DNA of 64,000 nucleotides from Candidatus Nealsonbacteria bacterium (lineage in GTDB: Bacteria; Patescibacteriota; Minisyncoccia; Minisyncoccales; PWPS01), in assembly GCA_003560665.1 (NCBI GenBank), contig PWKK01000023.1:11698-75697 (forward strand), read 5' to 3'. The translations under genes and the position numbers were made by a program. The notes under the pieces were generated by a model. That model was not told the DNA's origin. It worked only from the letters and a program-made list of their open reading frames with translations, and did no database searches. Shown in pieces: positions 18,801-28,057 of the stretch; the first letter of the stretch is position 1; each line of letters opens with the position of its first letter.

Positions 18801-19374
18801 GAAAAACGAGAAGAAGAAAACAGTAAACTATCGAATAGAACCGAAAAAAGCCCTTTATGTAAAAGAGGGAGACGAGGTGGAAAAAGGAGATCAGCTTTGC
18901 GAAGGTAATCTTGATATCAATAAGTTGTTTAAATTAAGAGGAACAAAGAAGACCCAAAAATATATTTTAAAAGAACTGCAAAAAGTTTATGTTTCTCAGG
19001 GTGTTGATATTCACGACAAACATCTAGAGGTTGTTACGAGACAAATGTTTTCTCGTGTAAGTATTGTCGAGCCCGGAGATAGTTCGTTTATTCCCAAAGA
19101 GATGGTGGAAAGAGAAAGGTATCTTACAACTCGAGAAGAGATCGAGAAAAAGAAAGGAAACCCTCCGAAGGCGGAAGATATTCTTTTGGGAATTTCCAAG
19201 GTTGCTCTTACGACCGATTCTTTCCTTTCTGCCGCTTCGTTCCAACAAACTTCAAAAGTGCTCATTGACGCCTGCATGGAAGGAAAGGTGGATAATCTCA
19301 GAGGTCTGAAAGAAAATGTGATTATGGGAAAACTTATTCCATCGGGAACGGGGTTCAAAGAAAAAAACAAGTAA
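15817..19374 (+). CDS. rpoC: DNA-directed RNA polymerase beta-prime subunit
   Basis: The zinc motif is [23 protein letters not shown]. The catalytic site is [14 protein letters not shown], and [15 protein letters not shown] is also present. Confidence 0.97.
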   Translation: [1185 protein letters not shown]

Positions 19375-19436
19375 CCAAAGAACTCTTGATAACCGTTCTA
19401 TTATCGATTCTTTTTTTGTGCTAGAATGGATGAGAC

Positions 19437-21584
19437 ATGGGCAATAAAAAGAAAAAACAAAACAACAAAAAAGAAGGAACGGAAGAAAGAAAGGTTTTTA
19501 TTCCGGAGAACATCAAGCGAATTATAGTGGGGATGCTCCTTCTTCTTCTTTGTTTTGTTACAGTTCTTGGATTTTGGAGTGTTGCGGGAAGGGGTGGAGA
19601 GTGGACGAACACAGCTTTTGAGTTTCTCTTTGGGAGGATGAAAGTATTGATTCCTCTCTTCTTTTTTCTTTCTGCTTTGGTCTATTTTCGTACCGTCTAC
19701 GAAAATTTTCTCTTTCCTCTTCTAATTGCACTTTTTGCCATCATCAGCGGCTTTTCGGGGATTATTGCCAGTGTTGGAACTTTTGGAGAGGTGTTAAACG
19801 AAAACCCCGGAGGGTGGTGGGGAGCAGTAATAAGCTCACCAATGGTGGAGTTTCTTGGATTTTATGCAACGCAGGTAATTTTTTTAGTTGCTATTTTTAC
19901 CGGAGCTATTATTATTGCTAATCTTATCAGCAAGGATTTTTCAATAGGAGGGTTTTTCCGAGATCTCTTATCAAGGGATTACGAGATAGAGCCGTCTACA
20001 GTAAAGAAAATTTTTATCTCTCCTGAAAAAGAAGAAAAGAGAGAAGAGAAAAAAGAAGAAAAGAGAGAAGAGAAACAAGAAGAAAACATCGAAGTGAAAA
20101 GAAAAGGAGAGAGAACAAAACTTGTTCCTCCGCTTAACCTCTTGCACAACGGAGAAGAAGAGCCGGACCCGGGAGATATCAGAAGAAACAGCTCTATCAT
20201 TAAGAAAACGTTTAATGATTTTGATATATCCGTCTCTATGGGCGAGGTAAACATCGGACCGGCGGTTACTCAGTACACCTTTAAGCCGGCCGAGGGGGTG
20301 AAGCTTTCCAGAATTACTTCGCTTTCCGATGATCTTGCTCTTTCTTTGGCAATGCATCCGGTGAGGACAGAAGCCCCGATTCCAGGAAAATCTTTGGTCG
20401 GTATTGAGGTTCCTAATCGAAAAAGAGCCCAGATTACAATAGGAACACTTATCAAAAGAAAAGAATATTTTGAAACCAATGCGCTTAACTTTGTCGTCGG
20501 GAAAGATGTTTCCGGAAAACCTGTTTATGCCGATCTTGCAAAAATGCCTAATATGCTTGTTGCTGGATCCACCGGGAGCGGTAAAACAATATTTTTAAAC
20601 ACTCTTATTATCAGTCTTCTTTATAAGAACTCTCCGAAAGATTTGCGCATTATTATGGTTGACCCGAAAAGGGTGGAGTTCTCTTTGTACGCAAATCTTC
20701 CGCATCTTCTCACACCGATAATTTATGATGCTGAAAAAACATCAAATGCTTTAGCTTGGCTTATAGCGGAGATGGAAAGAAGGTTTAAGGTTCTCGCAGG
20801 TGCAGGATCAAGGAATATATCCAGCTATCAAAGTTTGGCGAAGAAAAACAGCAAGCTGGAAGAGATGCCCTATATCGCACTTATTGTAGATGAACTTGCA
20901 GACTTGATGGCAGCAAAGAGCAACGAAATGGAAGCCGGAATTGTTCGTATTGCACAAATGGCGAGAGCTGTTGGAATTCATCTCGTTTTGGCAACTCAAA
21001 GGCCATCGGTAGAAGTTATCACCGGACTCATTAAAGCGAACATTACCGCCAGAGCAAGCTTCAAAGTTGCTTCTCAAGTTGACTCTCGGACGATACTCGA
21101 TACCGCGGGAGCAGAAAAACTATTGGGTTCGGGAGATATGCTTTTTCTTTCTACGGAAAATTCTAAACCGAGGCGTGTTCAGGCGCCCTACATAGAAGAA
21201 GATGAGACAAAAGAGATTGTCGGATGGCTCAAGGAAAACTCAAAAGAAGAAGAAGATGACGCACTAGCGGATAATCTGGAAGAGTCGCTTGAAAAAAGCG
21301 AGCACAAAGGAGACGGGTTTGAGTCCGAAGAGGACGATGATGCTCTCTATGAGGATGCGAAACAAGTTGTAATAGCATCCGGAAAAGCGTCCGCATCCCT
21401 TTTACAAAGAAGGCTTCGTGTCGGATATGCTCGAGCCGCTCGTCTTCTCGATATTTTAGAGTACAGAGGAATTGTTGGACCAGCAGAAGGTGCTAAACCG
21501 AGAGAAGTCTACGGGAGAGAGGAAGACCAGACTGATATCGAGAAACCGGAAGAAGAAAGTCCCGATTCTTGGAACAAGGTTTAA
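19437..21584 (+). CDS. ftsK: FtsK/SpoIIIE DNA translocase
   Basis: N-terminal TM helices, a K/E linker, the Walker A motif [11 protein letters not shown], the block VDELADLM ... LATQRPSV, and a C-terminal gamma-like winged helix ([25 protein letters not shown]). Confidence 0.9.
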   Translation: MGNKKKKQNNKKEGTEERKVFIPENIKRIIVGMLLLLLCFVTVLGFWSVAGRGGEWTNTAFEFLFGRMKVLIPLFFFLSALVYFRTVYENFLFPLLIALFAIISGFSGIIASVGTFGEVLNENPGGWWGAVISSPMVEFLGFYATQVIFLVAIFTGAIIIANLISKDFSIGGFFRDLLSRDYEIEPSTVKKIFISPEKEEKREEKKEEKREEKQEENIEVKRKGERTKLVPPLNLLHNGEEEPDPGDIRRNSSIIKKTFNDFDISVSMGEVNIGPAVTQYTFKPAEGVKLSRITSLSDDLALSLAMHPVRTEAPIPGKSLVGIEVPNRKRAQITIGTLIKRKEYFETNALNFVVGKDVSGKPVYADLAKMPNMLVAGSTGSGKTIFLNTLIISLLYKNSPKDLRIIMVDPKRVEFSLYANLPHLLTPIIYDAEKTSNALAWLIAEMERRFKVLAGAGSRNISSYQSLAKKNSKLEEMPYIALIVDELADLMAAKSNEMEAGIVRIAQMARAVGIHLVLATQRPSVEVITGLIKANITARASFKVASQVDSRTILDTAGAEKLLGSGDMLFLSTENSKPRRVQAPYIEEDETKEIVGWLKENSKEEEDDALADNLEESLEKSEHKGDGFESEEDDDALYEDAKQVVIASGKASASLLQRRLRVGYARAARLLDILEYRGIVGPAEGAKPREVYGREEDQTDIEKPEEESPDSWNKV
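20031..20078 (+). repeat. 24-nt-period tandem duplication in the ftsK linker (EEKREEK twice)
   Basis: gaagaaaagagagaagagaaa at 20031-20051 recurs at 20055-20075, giving a 24-nt period. The two units differ only in the trailing triplet (aaa versus caa). Confidence 0.75.
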
Positions 21585-21601
21585 AAATAATAAAACATAT
21601 T

Positions 21602-22627
21602 ATGAAAAAGAAAAAAGAGGTTTCCAAAAAAGAAAAAGCGCAAAAAGAAGGAAACAAAAAACTCCAAGAAACAATTGAAGAGATAAAACAACAGTTCGGA
21701 GAAGGATCTCTCATGAAGCTTGATCAGATAAAAAATGTTGAAGTGGACAGCATCTCCACCGGATCTTTGTCGTTGGATGATGCACTTGGAATAGGAGGTG
21801 TTCCGAGAGGAAGGGTGGTGGAGATTTTCGGAAGTGCTTCTACGGGGAAAACCACGCTTTCCTTGCATATTCTTGCAAACGCACAGAAAGGGGGTGGTGT
21901 GGGAGCATTTATTGATGTAGAAAATGCCCTTGATCCTCAGTATGCGAAAAGATTGGGAGTTAATGTTGAGGAACTGCTTATTTCACAACCCGATTCAGGA
22001 GAGCAGGCGTTACAGATTGTTGAAACGCTTGTTCGCTCGGGGGAAGTGGATGTAGTTGTTGTCGATTCGGTCGCTGCTCTTGCACCGAAAGCGGAGATTG
22101 CCGGAGAAATCGGGGACCCGCACATCGGACTGCAAGCAAGACTAATGTCTTCTGCTCTAAGGAAGTTGTCAAAGGTTGTTTCCGAAACAGGAACGATTGT
22201 TGTTTTTCTCAACCAAACTCGGGTAAACATCGGGCAAAGGTTTGGCAATCCGCAGACAACATCCGGGGGATTGGCATTGAAATTTTATTCCTCGGTAAGA
22301 ATAAGTTTGACACAGATAGCGCAAATTAAAAGTAAAGAAGAAATTATCGGAAGCAGAATCAGGCCAAAGGTGGTAAAAAACAAAGTAGGTGCTCCTTTTC
22401 GCAACGGAGAGTTTGATCTTTATTACAACGAGGGAATATCTCGTGAAGGAGAACTAATTAATTTAGGATTAAGAGAAAAAATAGTATCACGGACCGGAGC
22501 TTGGTATAATTACGGAGACAAAAAACTCGGGCAGGGAATGGAGCAGTCTAAAAAGTTCCTAAAAGAAAATCCCGATCTTGCCGAAAAGATTGAGAGTGAG
22601 ATTAAAGAAAAAATGAAAGAAAATTAA
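21602..22627 (+). CDS. recA: Recombinase RecA with a Lys-rich N-terminal extension
   Basis: [16 protein letters not shown], the Walker A motif [13 protein letters not shown], and [13 protein letters not shown]. Starting at ATG 21602 avoids overlap with ftsK. Confidence 0.97.
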   Translation: MKKKKEVSKKEKAQKEGNKKLQETIEEIKQQFGEGSLMKLDQIKNVEVDSISTGSLSLDDALGIGGVPRGRVVEIFGSASTGKTTLSLHILANAQKGGGVGAFIDVENALDPQYAKRLGVNVEELLISQPDSGEQALQIVETLVRSGEVDVVVVDSVAALAPKAEIAGEIGDPHIGLQARLMSSALRKLSKVVSETGTIVVFLNQTRVNIGQRFGNPQTTSGGLALKFYSSVRISLTQIAQIKSKEEIIGSRIRPKVVKNKVGAPFRNGEFDLYYNEGISREGELINLGLREKIVSRTGAWYNYGDKKLGQGMEQSKKFLKENPDLAEKIESEIKEKMKEN

Positions 22628-22821
22628 GTCTTCGTGTAGGGGACAAGAGCCATGTAGCGCGCTCTCTTTATTGCCAGAGAAAGTTTTCTTTGATGGGAGG
22701 AACAAACTCCAGTCTTTCTTTTTGGCTTTATCTTATGCATCTCTGACATAAAACGCACGAGTAGTTCTGTGTTTTTGAAATCAATTTTCTTTATATTGTT
22801 TTGGCAAAAATAACACTGCAT
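22624..22821 (-). CDS. rpsR: 30S ribosomal protein S18
   Basis: 65 aa. [49 protein letters not shown] is the canonical S18 core. Confidence 0.9.
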   Translation of the reverse strand: MQCYFCQNNIKKIDFKNTELLVRFMSEMHKIKPKRKTGVCSSHQRKLSLAIKRARYMALVPYTKT

Positions 22822-22841
22822 ATCTTTTTATAACTTAACCT

Positions 22842-23309
22842 TTAAAAGGGGATGTCTTCTACGTTAATTTCATCATCCTCGTCTATTACGGGAATTTCTT
22901 TGTCGGAGGATTGATTTTCTTTTGTGGATTTTGAATTTCCCGAATTTTCGTTTTTTCTCTGTGCTCCGCCTCCTTCTCCAGAGCGGGGACCGAGTTGTAA
23001 TTTTTCACCAACAATCTCTGTTCTGTAGCGTCTGTTCCCCTCTTTGTCTTCCCAATTACGTGTTTGTAATCTTCCCTCAAAAAGCGCAAGAGACCCTTTT
23101 TTCAAGTACTGGGAGGCGATATCAGCCAGATTACCGAAAAGGACTATGTCATGAAACTCTGTTCTTTCTTGGTTTTCTCCAGACTTGTCTTTAAAGTAGC
23201 TGTTTGTTGCAACGGAAAAGCTGGTAACGCTTAATCCACTTTCGGGAATCGTTCTTTTTTCCGGATCTTGAGTGAGACGTCCCACAACGATTACTTTATT
23301 GAGATTCAT
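22842..23309 (-). CDS. ssb: Single-stranded DNA-binding protein
   Basis: OB-fold N-terminus (MNLNKVIVVGRLTQDPEKR), a Gly-rich linker and an acidic tail ending DEDDEINVEDIPF. It lies between rpsF and rpsR. Confidence 0.9.
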   Translation of the reverse strand: MNLNKVIVVGRLTQDPEKRTIPESGLSVTSFSVATNSYFKDKSGENQERTEFHDIVLFGNLADIASQYLKKGSLALFEGRLQTRNWEDKEGNRRYRTEIVGEKLQLGPRSGEGGGAQRKNENSGNSKSTKENQSSDKEIPVIDEDDEINVEDIPF

Positions 23310-23347
23310 GGTAAATTAAAACTTATATTTTTACTCTTGATTTAAGA

Positions 23348-23734
23348 TTACAATATCTCGTCTATTTTGTCATCAATCTCTTTGAGTTTTGCTTTTTCCG
23401 GCTTTAAGGTTTTTCTTCTTTTTGGCCTTTCTTCTTCTGATTTCTTACTTAATCTTTTTCCGACAACAATGTAACGAAGAAAGTTTTTTTCTTTTCTCGC
23501 CTTTTCTTCTATTTTTTTAATACTTTCTTCATCTGTGACAAAATCAACAGAAGCAAGGTAGCCCTCATTGTTTTTGTTTATCGGATAGGCAAGAGTTTTT
23601 CTAATTGGGTTTTGTTCGCTTCCCAAAGTTCCCTTATTTTCCTGAATCTCTTTCTTTATGCCTTCATGGACGTCGATAGCCTCTTCTAAAGTTAGAGAAG
23701 GAGTGATGATGTAAGTTATTTCGTATGGTTTCAT
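23348..23734 (-). CDS. rpsF: 30S ribosomal protein S6 with a K/E-rich C-terminal extension
   Basis: MKPYEITYIITPSLTLEEA... is the S6 N-terminus. I placed the start at ATG 23734, not at the track's 23800. It belongs to the rpsF-ssb-rpsR operon. Confidence 0.85.
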   Translation of the reverse strand: MKPYEITYIITPSLTLEEAIDVHEGIKKEIQENKGTLGSEQNPIRKTLAYPINKNNEGYLASVDFVTDEESIKKIEEKARKEKNFLRYIVVGKRLSKKSEEERPKRRKTLKPEKAKLKEIDDKIDEIL

Positions 23735-23861
23735 TTTTTTCTGTTTTATTCTTACAAGCTGTGGGATTATAGCACTATTTAAAGGAAGATTCAAGGACAT
23801 GTCTCTTCACTTATTATTAAAATCAGGTTGAAGATTTCTTTTCTTCCATTATAATAGAAAC

Positions 23862-25202
23862 ATGTCCGAAATAAATGAAAAGATATTTAAAGCGTATGAT
23901 GTGAGAGGGGTTTACCCAGATGAGATAGATGAAGACGTTGCTTATAAAACGGGGAGGGCGTTTGTTGCTTTTCTGGGAAAGAAAAACCCGTCACTGGTTA
24001 TAGGAAGAGACGGGAGAAACTCTTCTCCAGTATTGTTTGAATCTCTTAAAAGAGGAGTTCTTGATTCGGGAGGAACAGTGGTTGATACGGGATTGTCTAG
24101 CACTCCTCTTTTAAATTTTTCTGTAGCAAAACTTGGATATGACGGAGGAGTGATGGTTACCGCTTCGCACAATCCACCAAAGTTTAATGGATTGAAACTT
24201 ATCAGAGAAAAAGCACTACAGGTTTACGGAAAAGATATTCAAAAAATTAAAGAAATAGTCATTAAAGAAGATTTTCGGAAAGGGAGAGGAAGGGAAATAA
24301 AGAAGGATTTTCTGTCTAAATATGTAGACCACACTCTTTCTTTTGTGAATGACTTTAAGGGAATAAGGGTTGTTGTCGATTGTGGAAACGGTATGGGCGG
24401 AGTTACCGCAGTGCCAGTTCTTTCTAGGACGAAAGCGGAGCCTTTTTTTCTCTATGAGGACATAGACGGCTCTTTTCCAAACCACCTACCCGACCCTCAC
24501 AACCCTAAATCAATCAGTGCTGTTTATAAGAAATTAATGGAAAAGGGGGCGGATATCGGAGTGTTGTTTGATGGAGATGCGGACAGATGTATTTTGATAG
24601 ATGAAAAGGGAGATGTTGTTTTCATCGACCATCTTCTATCTCTTCTTGCATCAGAAGAGCTCAAAATGCACCCCGGAGAAGACATCTATTATGATTTGCG
24701 GTTTAGCATGGCGACAAGTAAAGCGATAAAAAAAGCCGGTGGAAACCCTGTCATGATGCGAGTCGGCAACCCCTACTACAAGGAAAAAATTATTAAAGAA
24801 GGTGGGCTTTTGGGAGCGGAGCTTACGGGGCACGTTATGTTTCGAGAAAACTTTGGAATAGATGATGGGCTCTTTGCTCTGCTAAAAACTTTGAATATCA
24901 TGGAAGAGAGAGAAGAAAAATTATCCGATCTTCTTAATCCGTTTAAAAAATACTTTCAAACAGAAGAAATTAATTTAAGAGTAGAAGATAAGAAAAAAAC
25001 ACTGGAAAAGGCGAGAGAGTTGTTCGGGGGCGGAGAAGAGCTTTTTATTGATGGAGTTTATATTAAATATAACGACTGGTGGTTTAGTCTTCGCGAATCC
25101 AACACGGAAGACTTGGTGCGCCTAAGAATAGAGGCGAAAACAAAAAATCTTCTCGAAGAGAAGAGAAAAGAGTTAATCGACGTCATAAAAAAGCCGTTTT
25201 AG
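23862..25202 (+). CDS. Phosphoglucomutase/phosphomannomutase family protein
   Basis: Active-site loop TASHNPPKFNGLK, metal loop FDGDADRC, 446 aa. Confidence 0.85.
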   Translation: MSEINEKIFKAYDVRGVYPDEIDEDVAYKTGRAFVAFLGKKNPSLVIGRDGRNSSPVLFESLKRGVLDSGGTVVDTGLSSTPLLNFSVAKLGYDGGVMVTASHNPPKFNGLKLIREKALQVYGKDIQKIKEIVIKEDFRKGRGREIKKDFLSKYVDHTLSFVNDFKGIRVVVDCGNGMGGVTAVPVLSRTKAEPFFLYEDIDGSFPNHLPDPHNPKSISAVYKKLMEKGADIGVLFDGDADRCILIDEKGDVVFIDHLLSLLASEELKMHPGEDIYYDLRFSMATSKAIKKAGGNPVMMRVGNPYYKEKIIKEGGLLGAELTGHVMFRENFGIDDGLFALLKTLNIMEEREEKLSDLLNPFKKYFQTEEINLRVEDKKKTLEKARELFGGGEELFIDGVYIKYNDWWFSLRESNTEDLVRLRIEAKTKNLLEEKRKELIDVIKKPF

Positions 25203-25207
25203 ATCTC

Positions 25208-26179
25208 TCACCGTAAACCCATTTTTTTTCGCACATCGTCCATTTTTGATTCGGCAAGGACGCGTGCTTTTTCTTCTCCACGTCTTAGTATTTCTCTTAC
25301 ATAAACCTCTCTTCCTGAGAGTTCGTCTCTTTTTTTTCGGAACGGTTCAAGCTTTAAAACTGTAAGTTCGGCAACTTCTTCTTTAAACGCTTTGTAACTT
25401 TTTCCCTTCATTTCTTTTTCAACATCTTTAATCTCTTTTTCTGCAAGAAGAGAGTAGATTGTTAAGAGATTGGAGATGCCCGGTTTTTTTAATTCGTCAT
25501 ACTTGATTGTTTTTCCCGTATCGGTTATCGCCGATTTTAACTTTTTTCTTATTTCTTCCGGAGAGTCAAACAGGGAAATGCGGCTTTTTTCATCAGGGTC
25601 GGATTTAGACATCTTTTTTTTCGGATCGGCAATACTCATTACGCGTGCGCCGTATTTAGGCAATTTTACTTTTGGCAAAACAAAAGTTTCTCCGAATGAA
25701 CGGTTAAATTTACGAGCGATATCCCTTGCAATTTCTACGTGTTGTTTCTGATCTTCGCCGACGGGGACGGTTTCTGTATCGTAAAGAAGAATATCGGCAG
25801 CCATCAAGACAGGATAGTTTAAAAGACCGGCTTTTTCATTTTTTTTCGCTTTATCTTTAAATTGTGTCATTCGGTAAAGTTCTCCGAGGGGAGTGACGGT
25901 GTTTAGAAGCCAACAGAGCTCGCTATGCTCCTTTACTTTTGATTGAGCAAAAATAATCACTTTTTCCGGATCTAACCCGGCGGCGAGGTAAACAATTGCT
26001 TTTTCTAAAATTAGTTTCTGTAATTTTTCCGGGTCGTAGGGAACCGTTATTGCGTGGAGATCTACAATACAAAAAACACAATCGTTTTCATCTTGGAGAT
26101 CAAGCCACTGCTTTATTGCTCCGAAGTAGTTTCCGATATGAAGACTTCCCGTTGGTTGTATGCCACTAAAGATTCTCAT
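25208..26179 (-). CDS. trpS: Tryptophanyl-tRNA synthetase
   Basis: FSGIQPTGSLHIGNYFG is the HIGH region and KMSKSDP the KMSKS region. 323 aa. Confidence 0.95.
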   Translation of the reverse strand: MRIFSGIQPTGSLHIGNYFGAIKQWLDLQDENDCVFCIVDLHAITVPYDPEKLQKLILEKAIVYLAAGLDPEKVIIFAQSKVKEHSELCWLLNTVTPLGELYRMTQFKDKAKKNEKAGLLNYPVLMAADILLYDTETVPVGEDQKQHVEIARDIARKFNRSFGETFVLPKVKLPKYGARVMSIADPKKKMSKSDPDEKSRISLFDSPEEIRKKLKSAITDTGKTIKYDELKKPGISNLLTIYSLLAEKEIKDVEKEMKGKSYKAFKEEVAELTVLKLEPFRKKRDELSGREVYVREILRRGEEKARVLAESKMDDVRKKMGLR

Positions 26180-26197
26180 AAGCTGTCATTCATCCTA

Positions 26198-27949
26198 TCA
26201 TATTTCAATAACGACAGGAAGGACCATTGGTCTTCTTCCCGTTTTGCTGTAAAGAAATCCTTCAATCTTTGTCTTTATTTCCGGCTTGATATCTTTGACA
26301 GCCTTTTTCTGTTTTCCTCCCTTAGAAATAATCTCCATCACTTTTTTTCTAACCTCTGTGAGTAGGACTTGCGACTCTCTCAGATAAACAAAGCCTCTTG
26401 AAATAATATCGGGAGAATTTTTGATTTTTCTTGTTTTTTTGTCGATGACGGCAATAACGACAAAAATTCCACTCTCCGCAAGATCCATTCTGTCGTGGAG
26501 AACGACTCCTCCGACATCTCCTATTCCCGATCCGTCCACCATAACCGGGGCTACCGGCACGGGCTTTTTGCTGATATTGATTTTATCAGGATTAAGAGTA
26601 ACGATAAAGCCGTTATCGATAAGGGCGATGTTTTTTTTCGGTATACCTTCTCTTTCTGCTAAGGCTGCGTGGCTGGCCATCATTGAGTACTGCCCGTGAA
26701 TCGGCATAAAAAACCTCGGCTTCATAATCTGTATCATCTCGCGAAGCTCTTCTTGCTGAGCGTGCCCTTTTGCATGAATGTCCATCATCTGAGAGTGAAA
26801 TATTTCTGCTCCTTGTCTCATAATATCGTCTTTAAGGTTTTGGACTGCACGTTCGTTCCCCGGAATTACCGAAGAAGAGAGAACTACCGAATCCCCTTTT
26901 TTCAACTGAAAGAAACGGTGTTGCTTGCTTAAAATACGCATCAAGGCAGCATTTCCTTCTCCCTGTGCTCCGGTAGAGAGGATGGTCAGTTTGTTGTCTG
27001 GGTAGTCGGAAGCTTTTTCGGCGGGAATGAGCGTACCCTTCTTTGTTTTGATAAGATTGAGATTACTTGCGATCTCCAAATTTGTTTTCATTCCGTATCC
27101 CTCAACAACCACTTTTCTTCCGTACTTCTCGGAAATAGTGATAATGTCCTGAACACGGTTTATAAGAGAGGCGAAAGTAGCGGCAATGATACGGCCCTCC
27201 GCTTTTGCAAAGATTTTTTCTAAATTTTCGGCGATAAGTTTTTCTGACAGAGACCTTCCTTCCGCCTCTGCTCCGGTAGAGTCAGACATCAAAAAAAGAA
27301 CTCCCTTTTTGGCAATTTCTTGTAAACGTTCAAAGTTTGTTGGAGGAGCGTTAGTGGGGGTGGAATCAAACTTAAAATCAGAAGTGTGAACGACGTTGCC
27401 CACCGGAGTTTCAACCACAATGCCGTGTCCATCGGGAACATTGTGATTTTGATGAAAGAACTCTACTGAAAAAGGACCGAGTTCGATTTTGTCTCCTTCC
27501 TTTATTTCGTTTAGTTTTAACTTTGGTTGAAGGGGAAACTCTTCCTGTCTTTTTTGCGTGATTCCCAGGGTAAGAGCAGAACCGAAAAGGGGAGGATTGC
27601 CTATTTTATCTAGGATGTAAGGAAGGGCTCCGATGTGGTCGTAGTGCCCGTGGGTTAAGACAACTCCCATTATCTTTTTCTTGCTTTTTTCTAGATAGGA
27701 AATGTTAGGAATGATGTAGTCTACTCCCGGAGTTTTTTCCATCGGAAAGTTTAATCCTACATCAATAATCAGAGCGCTTTCTTCCCACTCTAAAACCATC
27801 ATGTTTCTTCCCACCTCTCCTAATCCCCCGAGAGGAATTACTCTTAACCCATCGAGCTCTCTTTCTATTGTTTCGTGGGGAGATTTTTTGTCGTGAAAAT
27901 TTGTTCCAGATCTGTTGTTTCTGCTGTGTAAATTCTCTTTTTTATACAT
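26198..27949 (-). CDS. rnj: Ribonuclease J (metallo-beta-lactamase/beta-CASP RNase)
   Basis: LRVIPLGGLGEVGRNMMV and THGHYDHIGALPYI, with beta-CASP and C-terminal domains. I moved the start to ATG 27949 (MYKKEN...) because the track's upstream 34 codons read through tRNA-Leu. Confidence 0.9.
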   Translation of the reverse strand: MYKKENLHSRNNRSGTNFHDKKSPHETIERELDGLRVIPLGGLGEVGRNMMVLEWEESALIIDVGLNFPMEKTPGVDYIIPNISYLEKSKKKIMGVVLTHGHYDHIGALPYILDKIGNPPLFGSALTLGITQKRQEEFPLQPKLKLNEIKEGDKIELGPFSVEFFHQNHNVPDGHGIVVETPVGNVVHTSDFKFDSTPTNAPPTNFERLQEIAKKGVLFLMSDSTGAEAEGRSLSEKLIAENLEKIFAKAEGRIIAATFASLINRVQDIITISEKYGRKVVVEGYGMKTNLEIASNLNLIKTKKGTLIPAEKASDYPDNKLTILSTGAQGEGNAALMRILSKQHRFFQLKKGDSVVLSSSVIPGNERAVQNLKDDIMRQGAEIFHSQMMDIHAKGHAQQEELREMIQIMKPRFFMPIHGQYSMMASHAALAEREGIPKKNIALIDNGFIVTLNPDKINISKKPVPVAPVMVDGSGIGDVGGVVLHDRMDLAESGIFVVIAVIDKKTRKIKNSPDIISRGFVYLRESQVLLTEVRKKVMEIISKGGKQKKAVKDIKPEIKTKIEGFLYSKTGRRPMVLPVVIEI

Positions 27950-27970
27950 GTTGTTTTTTATAATTTTTAT

Positions 27971-28057
27971 TGGTGCTGGAGGGGAGATTTGAACTCCCAA
28001 GGGATAACTCCCACATGGACCTGAACCATGCGCGTATTCCAGTTCCGCCACTCCAGC
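27971..28057 (-). tRNA. tRNA-Leu (anticodon CAG), long variable arm, CCA encoded
   Basis: Reverse complement: GCTGGAG TG GCGG..., anticodon arm CATGG TTCAGGT CCATG, long variable arm, T-arm GGGAG TTCAAAT CTCCC, then CTCCAGC A CCA. 87 nt. Confidence 0.9.

Noticed and set aside
27950-28051. N-terminal 34-codon extension of the RNase J ORF (MAELEYAHGSGPCGSYPLGVQISPPAPIKIIKNN).
   Set aside because: These codons are the tRNA-Leu(CAG) sequence read as protein. The conserved RNase J sequence starts after ATG 27949.
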